Shown: positions 13,193 through 23,728 of the stretch, one piece after another
Layout: each line of letters begins with the position of its first letter
Position numbering within the stretch: position 1 is the stretch's first letter
Assembly (NCBI GenBank): GCA_022813865.1
Contig: JALDZX010000005.1
Coordinates: 1-64,000 of the forward strand
DNA length: 64,000 nt
DNA from: Xylographa opegraphella
Lineage: Eukaryota
Direction of reading: 5' to 3'
The notes under the pieces: model-generated
The model's input: only the letters and a program-made list of their open reading frames with translations
The model's database searches: none
What the model was told of the DNA's origin: nothing
Translations under genes and position numbers: made by a program

Positions 13193-14958
13193 ATGCCTAG
13201 CGCTCATCTTCTCGACTATGTCGCAGGAAACGTGCGTTCCCTTGTGAATGCTATCGAAAGGGTCGGTTACACCGTTCACTGGGTCAAGGATCCAAAGGAT
13301 ATTGAGGACGCCGAAGTGAGGATTCTATCCGTCGCATATCTTCGTGTACTGAATCTTCCGCGAAGAGGCTCATTCTGCCCGGCGTGGGTCACTTCGGCCA
13401 CTGCCTTAAACAGTTCGCCGATGGAGGTTACTTGAATCCCATTCGTAAACATATCGAGTCTGGTAAGCCTTTTATGGGAATATGTGTCGGCTTGCAAGCT
13501 TTGTTCGAAGGATCGGCGGAGGATCGCGGAGTTCCTGGCCTCGGCCTCATTCCTGGGCGCTTGATCAAATTCGATGATGCAGACAAAAGTGTTCCTCATA
13601 TCGGCTGGAATTCCGCCATCGCATCAAAAGTCGGCGCATCACAGCCTGACAGCCTCTACGGGTTGCGGGCTCAGAGTAAGTATTACTACGTCCATTCTTA
13701 CGCCGTTCCTTATAAGGAACATGTTCTAGAGCATGATGGTTGGACCGTTGCAACTGCAAAGTATGGGTCAGAAACATTCGTGGGTGCTATTGGGAGGAAC
13801 AATGTCTTTGCCACACAGTTTCATCCCGAAAAAAGCGGTGTCGCAGGCCTGCGGGTGATCAAAGCATTTCTGGACGGACAAAAATGGGAATGTCCAGAAA
13901 TACAAAAGGCTCTGCACAATACTCATTCAGGACTTACGAGGAGAATCATCGCATGTCTAGATGTTCGTACCAATGACTTGGGCGATCTAGTCGTAACCAA
14001 AGGGGATCAGTATGATGTCCGAGAGAAAGGAACGACTGCGAATAGTGGCCAAGTGAGAAACCTTGGAAAACCAGTAGATATGGCAAAGAAGTACTATGAG
14101 CAAGGGTCAGATGAGATTGTTTTCCTTAACATAACGTCGTTCCGAAATTGTCCCCTTGTCGACTTACCTATGCTTGAAATTCTGCGGCAGACATCGGAAA
14201 CGGTCTTCGTACCTCTGACCATTGGTGGAGGCATTCGCGACACCACCGACACAGATGGCACAAAGGTCTCCGCTCTAGAGGTTGCTACAATGTACTTCAA
14301 ATCCGGTGCAGACAAGGTCAGTATTGGTTCGGATGCTGTGATAGCAGCGGAAGAATATCTCAGGAATGATAAAGTTCTCTCTGGCAGAACCGCGATCGAG
14401 ACAATTTCGGCAGCATACGGCAACCAGGCTGTCGTTGTAAGCGTGGACCCGAAACGAGTTTATGTACATTCTCCTGAGCAAACTCAGCATCATACTATAC
14501 GGACAAGAACAGCAGGGCCCGCTGGCGAGAGCTATTGTTGGTACCAATGTACCATCAAAGGGGGTAGGGAGGGGCGAGATCTTGATGTCCATCAACTTGT
14601 ACAATCAGTGGAAGCGATGGGTGCAGGGGAAATTCTACTGAACTGCATCGATAAGGATGGCAGTAACTCTGGATTTGACCTGGAATTGATCAATGACGTG
14701 AAAGACGCTGTTAGCATACCAATCATAGCATCCAGCGGGGCTGGCGAACCGTCTCACTTCCAGGAAGTGTTCGAGAAAACAAGAACCGACGCAGCCCTCG
14801 GCGCTGGAATGGTAAAGACATTGCTCTCGGATTCTGTGCACTGGCTAACAAAAGGACTGTCATAGTTTCATCGAGAAGAGTACACCGTCAAAGACGTCAA
14901 GGACTATCTCACGGGTCATGACTTGCTAATCAGGCCTTTCGAAGGAAATTTGCCATGA
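13193..14958 (+). CDS. HIS7: Imidazole glycerol phosphate synthase, fused HisH-HisF
   Basis: Motifs [45 protein letters not shown] and [12 protein letters not shown]. Introns 13316-13365 and about 14812-14866. Confidence 0.97.
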
Positions 14959-16391
14959 TGGGTGGTCGCAGTTGTTGTGAGTTGTCTGTGAACACTGGAA
15001 GGTCCGTAAAGAAGTGTTTATACTGTAGATATTGAAAACATAAAGGTATATTTCTAATATGCTCATTGTAGCAATACCCTAAGTTAGTGTTACACGTATT
15101 TTGTCCTCGCGTGAATTTATCGTGCCTCAGTTGCCTCAATTTCTCAGCCAGCACGTGCGAATTTTGGAAATTTATGGTTATTTCCTAGGAGGTATAAATA
15201 GAGCTAGCGGATTAAGGCTGCCTTTATCGCCTAAGGCCATCTTTAGCTGGTATATCTACCAATGAAATTGGCGTATTTTTGAATCGGGTCCCCAAATGGA
15301 AATAACAACAAAATTTAAAAGAACCATATACTCTGTATTTAAACTTGAAAGAACAGGGTGCCCCTTACCTTTCAAAAAGTTACCATCTACCCACTGGGCA
15401 TCTGCAATTAGAAACGTTACAACGCGTCTTGGCTCCCAGCCTGTTAGTCAGCAGAGCTGAAACACTTACGTTAACTTAACTAACTTAAGTTAACCGAAGG
15501 GGATTAGTGATCAGTATGTGACGTACTCCGTACCTTGGTGAGAGTCATGTGACTTTACTTCTCGCTAGTCAGTGGTGGCAAAGGCTATTTTATGTAGGTC
15601 GTTGTTCGGCTTGAGCTCCTATCTATCACCGTCACCTCAACTCGGATTTTCTGGTTTACCTCCCTCAATTTACGATCCATCATTCGGTTTTCGGCCTCCC
15701 GACTCTTTTCAGTACACTGACGGAAGGGATCGTCGTAGATCTGATAACCTCTTTCCCCGCAACTCTACGACTTCAAACGTCCAACCTGTCCTTTGACCGC
15801 AAATGCGACCATAATACGTCACGAAGAACAACTTTGGTAGGTACGGATCATTGTTCGAGGTGGAGTGTTGGATGCGCAGATTCACTATTAAGAGAATAAT
15901 TGAGCACAATAGGGAGCAGTGTTGGGATTGTCTTTCTTAACGGGGTTTACCTATTGTGGAAATTTTGAGACGTGAAGTGACGAGGCAGCCCTTTGTTCAT
16001 TATTCTTCACCTCAGTCCAAGTCTTCTCGGTGTCATTGTAATCACCTATGTCCTGCCGTTGAAGCTTTATCAAAGCCCAATCCAAGAATCAATATCGTGG
16101 TATCGGATCGTGAAAGAAGCCTCGGGCTTTCTCTCCGAGTTCACTGTGTTGTCACGCATCATTGTTGACATACGTTCTGGGCCCATGATCCACAGCTGCA
16201 TCGCTCAATCTTTAGAACTATAACCTCGTTCTCTTACGCCTATCCTACAACCTCTCGGCTACCTCGCAGTGTTATTTCGTGCTTGTCTCGGGCTGCTGAC
16301 TTGCAATTAACAACAAAGCCTATCTTCCCTGATTATAAAAACTGACGATAAAGACACGTTTCAAGATTCCGGCGCTTGCCTGGTTGAAATC

Positions 16392-18454
16392 ATGGCGTCT
16401 TCTGTCTTCTTCCGCTTTAAGTCCCAAAAAGAACCCACACGAGTGACTTTTGACGGTACAGGCATATCTGTCTTCGAGCTCAAAAGAGATATTATTGCAG
16501 CAAGTCAGCTGGGAGATGGAACAGATTTCGAACTTATCTTGTCTTCTGACGAAAATAACGAAGGTATAGATGTTCATGCACAGTGATATATGTCCTTATT
16601 GAAGCCTTGCTGATACAGACTTAGTGTACGATGATGACACAACCATCATACCCAGATCAACAACTGTTGTCGCGAAAAGACTTCCCGCATCTAGACCAGG
16701 TCGTGGAGGCGCACAGCGATACGTGTCTGGGAAAATGCCCGTCAGTGCAAAAAACACCCACCGATCTGAATCGACAGCACTGAGGACGAACGGGAGAGTT
16801 CAGACTGTGCAAACTCTCAACAAATCATCCAACATGTCAGAACTGCGAACCGAGGAAGAGAGGGAGGCAGCGGTCCTTCAGATGGGGAAAGACCAGTGGG
16901 AACAACAGCAACAAGAGATGGCCAGGTGAGTAATGTTTACACAGTAACTATTCGGCTTATCTTTTTCACTGTCTATCTCCCCCGTACTTTTGATTGCTAA
17001 CATGCCCCTTTAGCGCTACACGTGTCGCCACGCATCATGGAGGCCCTATGAAGGGGAAGCCCATCAACGTTCCTGATCATCCTCCACCACCAGGTTATCT
17101 CTGTTATCGTTGCCAAGAGAAAGGTCAGTAAAGTCATTCACCCGCGAGATGCTCGATCAACTGACTGTTCTCAGGTCATTGGATTCAGCAATGTCCAACC
17201 AACGACGACCCCGCGTTTGATAACAAACCGCGGATAAAACGCACAACTGGTATTCCGCGTTCGTTTCTAAAGGTCATTGAGAAGCCAACATCCTTACTAA
17301 ATCATGGTACAACCGATGATACAAAGCAACCATCAGGAATAATGGTAAATGCTGATGGCGATTGGGTTATAGCTGAACCAGACAAAGTGGCTTGGGAGCA
17401 GTACCAGGCAAAAGCAAAACAATCAGCTGCAGCCCAGGAAAAGGCAAGTCGAGGCAACAAAGAATTGCAAGATAAGGGCTTAGAGTGCACCATCGATAAG
17501 CGTTTGTTTGTAGATCCAACCAAAACACCCTGTTGTCAGACTACCTACTGTAATGAATGTATCACAAATGCTTTGCTTGACGATGATTTACAATGTCCGG
17601 GTTGTGGGAAGGAGGGAATATTGATAGACGATCTTACCCCAAACACTGAGATGGTGGCTGAGATTCGTAAGTACGAAGAGGAGAAGGCTGGCGCAGGAAA
17701 TGAGCAGGATGCATATAAGGACAAGGACGAAGACACCCTAATTAAGGAAAAAGATCTGTCTACAAATCTCGAGGATTGTCCAAAGTCGAAGTCTCCCACA
17801 AATAAGAGATCTCCCTCAAGTACTAGCTCTACGGATGAAAACCCGAAGAAACGTCGAGCTGATGAAGATCTTGAGAACCAGCATGCTCCACCAAGGCCGC
17901 TCGCCTCAATTACTGTAGCAACTCCTGTTCAGCCAAAAACGACTCAGGGCTCACTTTTCCCGCCAGAACTAGCGTTCCTCAACCAGCTTCCCTCGTCGAA
18001 TTCAAACATAATGCCAGGTATCAATGCAATGGCATTTTCAAACATCAACGGATTTATGGGTATGCCGATGAGCATGCCTCAAATGATAGGGTTCAACCCT
18101 GCTATGATGAATCCGATGATGGTGCCGAACGCCTTTCCCATGGCAGGCATGAGCAACCAATGGAATAACATGAATGGCATGTACCCTAACCAGAACAGTG
18201 AGATGTATGCAGGAGGCAACTTCCCTATGAATGGGATGCCGAATGGGCAAATGCCGACAGGGAACAATTACAACACCGGGAATACGATGGTATTTGATGG
18301 TGGCCGCGGCACTTTCATCAATCAGCAGCGGACTGTATTCAGTAACAATCGAACGGGCGCAGAAGACAGTGCGTACTTCCGTCAACCTGTAAACCCACAT
18401 CGTCATCAAGGCCGGCGGAATATGCAACGACCAACAGACTATCGAGAGATTTGA
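16392..18454 (+). CDS. MPE1: Mpe1/RBBP6-like cleavage-polyadenylation factor (DWNN, zinc knuckle, RING-like)
   Basis: MASSVFFRFKSQK, YDDDTTIIPRSTTV, spliced PPPGYLCYRCQEKGHWIQQCPT, and CTIDK...TPCC..TYCNEC..CPGC. Three introns near 16564-16624, 16926-17013 and 17124-17175. Confidence 0.92.
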
Positions 18455-19097
18455 GAGGATGTAACATACCCAAGCCTTGAATAAGGACTACAATTGTACG
18501 TTTTATGCGATCACTAGCAAGAGCCTTCGTTGCGAGGATAAGAACGACGAATTTCGTCTCGCATACCACGCCATCGTTCAAGGCCATTCGATTTGGTACC
18601 GAGGAATGTCTTCAATATGTTTCCATCATTAGCGTGGCGTTCAGGAACAATCGGACACATCTTGACATCCGGACGATGCAAGTATTAGGGGTAGGTAGGT
18701 CGTCGATGGAAGTCTTAACATCTTCCGTCAAGGGGAGTGGAACGACTATGTGCTTGAACCCACAGACGTTGTATGATAGGCATAATATATAGCTTGCGAA
18801 CATAAATCTTACTGACGTATCAATTCCTAGAGCTATTCTATATTACCCACCCCTGATTTTCGCTTGATCTTGTCAGCACGCCTAATATGAATTTTGTATA
18901 ATGAGGTACGGAGCCATAAGACTTGCACAGCCGGCCAGACATCTGAGTTATCCAGTCTACATATCGGGTTCCACGGTCAATGATCTCACGCGTCTGATAA
19001 TTCGGTTCGGTCTCACAAGAGATTCGAGGATTATTTTGTTTTCTCTAAACTAGGTATCCACGCCTTCAAATGCAGATCTCGCTAGGTGTCACGCACC

Positions 19098-19982
19098 TCA
19101 AATTTCCATTGACAATATGAGCCACTGATTGCTTATATCTTCTACACCACCATTCCACGGGGCTAAAGTAGTGAGTTCGAACCCTACCCAGCCTAGGTCT
19201 CTGATGAGTCGATTCATATCGGTCGAATTGATTGAGCGATCAACACACACCGTTAGCTCCGTACATGCAAGCGCAGGATGATTGGCGAGCTCGATCAAAG
19301 CCATCAATCTATAGGGCCATTAGAACCATGGTTCGATAGCTGTAAACCTTCCACCGATCACACTTACCCTGACTTTAGATCCTTTTCCACCACACAGGGT
19401 TCAAAGAAAATGAACAAGCTCTTCGCCCCTCCATTTCCTCCCACAAAGCCTCTGAAGTTCAGATCGCTAGTGTATTCCCAAATCTCGGTCCATTCACTTA
19501 TAAACGGCTTATGCTCGGCACTCCTGGTTTGCATACCCACCACAAGTGACTTCTGTTTAACTGTCTCTCTCTCAACCAGAAAGATAGCTTCCAGCTTGTC
19601 GCAAAAGAGTCTCTCACACTCTTCCGTGATGTGGTACACAGTCCCCCCTTGGCGGCCTCTGATAGCACTTTCGGTCGGTGAGTACTCGTCGTGACTGACC
19701 GCGGCTGCCAGGGGGGGACTTCGTGGCGGTGATGGTATTCCCGAGCCGACCTCAGGAATACCACTGTGCCCCTGCAGCAACAGAACAGTCAGCAAATGTA
19801 TTCGCGAAGAGCCAACAAGGTAAAGGGAAGCCCTTACCACCAGCCCCGGTAGTGGAGTAGTGAAGCCCCTTCAGCATGGTGCAGCGGGCATCGACAGTAT
19901 AACAACTAGCGAGAATAGTAGGACGAGTCCCTGATCGATTACTACTACTATTCTTTCTGGTGTAATTGTGGGGTTTCGCCAT
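19098..19982 (-). CDS. OAZ1: Ornithine decarboxylase antizyme; needs a +1 programmed ribosomal frameshift (about 252 aa product)
   Basis: ORF1 of 54 aa (ATG 19982, intron 19772-19837) ends TGG TAT TCC TGA at 19763-19752. The +1 frame continues EVGSGIPSPP...EECERLFCD...WEY...DLKSG, then after intron 19309-19367 LMALIELA...LIRDLGWVGF, typical of fungal antizymes. Confidence 0.93.
19640..19720 (-). other. RNA stem-loop 3' of the antizyme shift site
   Basis: mRNA arm AGUCCCCCCCUGGCAGCC (19720-19703) pairs with GGCCGCCAAGGGGGGACU (19657-19640) at 16 of 18 positions, with a 45 nt loop. It starts 31 nt after the UGA. Confidence 0.75.
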
Positions 19983-20539
19983 TGGAGAAAATTGCCACGG
20001 TTGCGGTCTTTGAGAGGCGGGTGAATACCAGAGGTTGTTCAGGCACGGAGGCAATTTTATGTAGTACAAGGTAATACGATTTCCAACTTGACCTTCAGTG
20101 AAGGGTAGGATGACAAACTGCTGAAGTGGCACGAGAAAGAACATCTAGTGCGTGCGGGACTAGCGGCTGAATGTCGGGCCGCAACGTGTAGCGCAAGCGG
20201 CCCATAATTGGTTGGAGTCCACGTCACAAGGACGACCTTCCCATACCGACTGCAGCCCCTCATCACACCCGGAAGGTCACGGCTGGCCTAGAACGGTGGT
20301 AATAATGCAGCAGAGGATGCCTATCACTAAACTACTTCCCCTGCCTCTTCTGACTGTCCAATTGTTCATATATGGTGATCTTCTCCCAACATTTCGCCTA
20401 TAGCTCTGATGCGATACCTCTTCGTAGCGTTCTTAGGCTATCCAATTTCAGCCATATGACTGAGTGACATCCATAATAGGGTCAAGTCAAGAGGGCCCAA
20501 ATCACAATCTGCATAAAGACCAGACCAACCTTCTTCTCT

Positions 20540-21256
20540 ATGGCGTTTCTCAACCGACTTCCCCCTCCATCTATCTTCCCCACCTATCTCCTTCCCTCCT
20601 TGCCGTTCAGCAGGCGCAAGACCAGCACGGACTCCACGAGTTCAGCCGAGACCAACGACTCGGTAGAAGCCCAAAACACCGCCCCATCACCACTTCCTGC
20701 TGCATACCTCAGCGGGCACACTTCCTACCTTCGTTGTGGTCGCTGTGGTACGGATCTTTGCTTCACTTCTCAAGTCATTAGCAAGGGCTTCACCGGACGC
20801 CATGGGCGGGCATACCTAGTCTCTGCATCCACAAGTGCTCATGGACATTCCACGAACGGTTTATACGATGTGCCGCCATCGTTACCTAATACTCATATCC
20901 ACAAGGTTGTGCCCCGCCAGCTGGTTACTGGCGCTCATACTGTCAGCGACGTATCCTGCGCTTTCTGCGGTAATATGCTAGGATGGAAATATGTTGATGC
21001 AGAGGAAGAATCTCAGAGGTACAAGGTGGGAAAATTTATTCTAGAGACAAAGAAGATTTGCACCGCGGTTAGCTGGGACAACGTTGAAGGAGCGAGGAGT
21101 GAACTGCCGCTGTTCGACACAGAAGCAGAAGACAGTATTGAATTTGACAGTCAAGACGAGGATGAGTGCGAGGATCTTTTTTCGGGCCTATGGGACCCTT
21201 CTTCGGCGTTGAAAAGGAGACGTCTTAGAAGATTTGGTCGTGAAGACTCAAGGTGA
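20540..21256 (+). CDS. Yippee/YPEL (Moh1-like) zinc-binding protein
   Basis: CGRC...SKGFTGRHGRAYL...LVTGAHTVSDVSCAFC...LGWKY...KVGKFILE. Single exon. Confidence 0.9.
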   Translation: MAFLNRLPPPSIFPTYLLPSLPFSRRKTSTDSTSSAETNDSVEAQNTAPSPLPAAYLSGHTSYLRCGRCGTDLCFTSQVISKGFTGRHGRAYLVSASTSAHGHSTNGLYDVPPSLPNTHIHKVVPRQLVTGAHTVSDVSCAFCGNMLGWKYVDAEEESQRYKVGKFILETKKICTAVSWDNVEGARSELPLFDTEAEDSIEFDSQDEDECEDLFSGLWDPSSALKRRRLRRFGREDSR

Positions 21257-21912
21257 TCCCCGGACCATAAACATCGACTATATGACTGGTAACCTCCAGC
21301 AGCATCTTTGGTGGTCATTCAAATGATAGATCCGCTCACTAATATTGGACCACGAGGTTTTGCTTTCCCCATGAGTAAGAAGAGATGGCGTGCTTTAGAG
21401 ACGGCGTTTAGGCGAAAAACTGGCATTCGCAATGGCACCGCAGATATACCCCTATACCCATGTATCCAGAATTGAACGAGATTGATTAATGAGAGACAAC
21501 ACTCTGATAAGATGCTCTGTGCATCAGCGCAAAGGTAGCTAGAATTTTTGCGAGGTTCCTGGCATAGCCTTTTCAGCTATGTAGACCTAGAAATATCACA
21601 AACTCCGATGTCTCAACACTAAATAAGTTTTCCTGCTTGACCACATCTGCACAAATGTTTGCCGTGCACTGAAGGTTTATCCAAAACTGTAACTTGGTTC
21701 TCGTAGTGGAATCCCTTGGGGCGCTGGCTAAAGCCCCATAGCTGATATCGCTGAAGCTTTTCTGGCTAGACATTTTATCGGCGCGTCAATTGAGTGGCTG
21801 AGCGCTGCATGATAAGCATGCATCCAACTTGCGTTGAGGCATCATAATCTATTGTGGAGCTGGGCAGTTTCGACTCCAATGTCACAATGTTCCATTCTTT
21901 GTACTTAACTCT

Positions 21913-23396
21913 TTACCTATCTTCCGATTTCGTCTTTTTAGCTCGGGTTTCTTCTTCGAGGTCGTCCAACTTCCGCTTTCCCAAGCCAGTCGACGTGACC
22001 GCCGACGCTGACTCTGCATCACCTTGGACGGGCTTCTTCCTCCGGACAAGTTTCGTCAAGTCCTGGGCAACCTGTGATGCCTCCTCTATTCTTGCTCTCT
22101 GTGATTCAGGAGACTCCCCTAGTATAGACCCAAGAATTCCACTGAATGGAATGGTACCATCAACCGAACCGGTTCCTCTAGGGTCATTGATAGAGACTGG
22201 AGGCTGGCGAAGCTCCACTAACTATACAATGATCAACATGAGAGTAATCCCGCCCCCGAGAGAACACTTACCCGTTGCTCCATATCTTTGACCATTTCTC
22301 TAACGTCGTCAATACTCGCCTTAGTCACCTTGGATTTCTTGCTGTTACAGTTCGTCGAGATTCCGGATGCCAAAGCAGCCTCTTCCCGTTCTATTCTAAC
22401 TTTACAGCTTTTTATAGCGGCCTCCATCTCTATTGCTGCTTCCTGACGCATGGTCTCGTCGATGTGGGCCGTCTGGTTGGCTTCAACTTCTCCGTTTTCG
22501 TCCTTCTGTTGCGTTACTGAAGAGAACTCTAAGGCCAGAGAAAGCTTGTAATGCGCTTCTGCAATCAGGCTAGAGTCTTGTGGAAAGAGTTCTTCCTTCA
22601 ATTGTAGAGCAGCTCTCAAGTCAACAACAGCATTTGGAAAGCGCTCCCCTTCCAGCGATATTTCTGCTTGTAAATCATAGGTGTCGGCTAGTCGCTCCTT
22701 CAATTGTTTGACATCAGCTGAATCACCATCTGTACTCCCTATGACTTCACTAGCTGCTGCCACCTTTAGTTTTCGTTGTAAAAGCAACCGTGCTAAATCA
22801 AGCACTTCGTATGCATTTGAAAAATCGTCCTCCTCCACCTCTGCTTCCGCTGCGCCCTCTTCACCTCCTACCTCTTCCTCGTCTTCATCCGAGTCATCGA
22901 AATTCTCATCCCCAGTGAATGCGAAATATGGCTTTCTCTCAGGCTTCCCATTATCAATTAGCAGTTGACCAGTCTTCTCGATAGCCATTGCAGAAACTAG
23001 CTCTTTAGCTTCCCTTTCATCCCCGTGTCTTTCATCATACTTTTCCGTCCTTCCTTCTGTCCATTTCGATTTGGCTGGCCCCTGTGCCTCTTCGCGCTTT
23101 TCACCGGCTACTTTCGAACCTAACACGTCGCTATTACTAACGGCGACATGATAGAGACATCTCCCGTAAGAATATAGCAGGTCTGCATTCTGAGACGACA
23201 TCTCGCCATTCATTTCAGCTTGTAGTTCTGTTGCCTGGGAGTACAGCTCCGCAGCGGTGTTGTAGTCTTTGACAGCATATTTGGCAGTGGCCTGAGCTAT
23301 AAGATCTTTGAGTAGAGATTTTCGCGTGCAAGAACCATCTTGCTCGATACCGCCAGGTGGAAGGTCCGGACTAAATGTCGCATCTGCTTGTGCCAT
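21913..23396 (-). CDS. NASP/Sim3/Hif1-like SHNi-TPR histone chaperone
   Basis: AAELYSQATE...DLLYSYGRCL, an acidic insert, DDFSNAYEVLDLAR, LQAEISLEGERF, AEAHYKLSLALEF and C-terminal DLTKLVRRKK. Intron 22222-22271. Confidence 0.88.
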
Positions 23397-23601
23397 GTCT
23401 GACAGACGAGAGTACTTTCAAAGCCGTCAAAAGTGTGATTCGAGGGTCGGAAACAAATAGCCAAGCCTAACAGAGGAGGATTAAAATAGCAATAGATGAC
23501 AGAGTTTCCGGTTTTGTGAACATGGTGCAAATGCTGATACGAGCCGAAGGCCACTGTGAAGTGCGATGACATGCTTTTAGGAGTGAACTCGGTTCACCGA
23601 A

Positions 23602-23636
23602 ACGCGTCACGCGAAAAAAGCACTTTATGAACGCGT
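23602..23636. promoter_or_regulatory. MCB/SCB-like cell-cycle box cluster
   Basis: ACGCGT at 23602-23607 and 23631-23636, plus CACGCGAAA at 23608-23616, inside the 332 bp divergent promoter of the NASP-like gene and DPB2. Confidence 0.7.
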
Positions 23637-23728
23637 TAACCGTGTCCCACCTTTGCTGGTTCCTGAAACTTGGAATAGTATGAGCAACACAGGATTAGGT
23701 GTGGTAGGGTTGTTACTGTCTATTAAGG

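Noticed and set aside
19752..19757. Antizyme as a pseudogene or sequencing frameshift
   Set aside because: The break sits exactly at a canonical UCC-UGA shift site, with an intact ORF2 and a 3' stem-loop.
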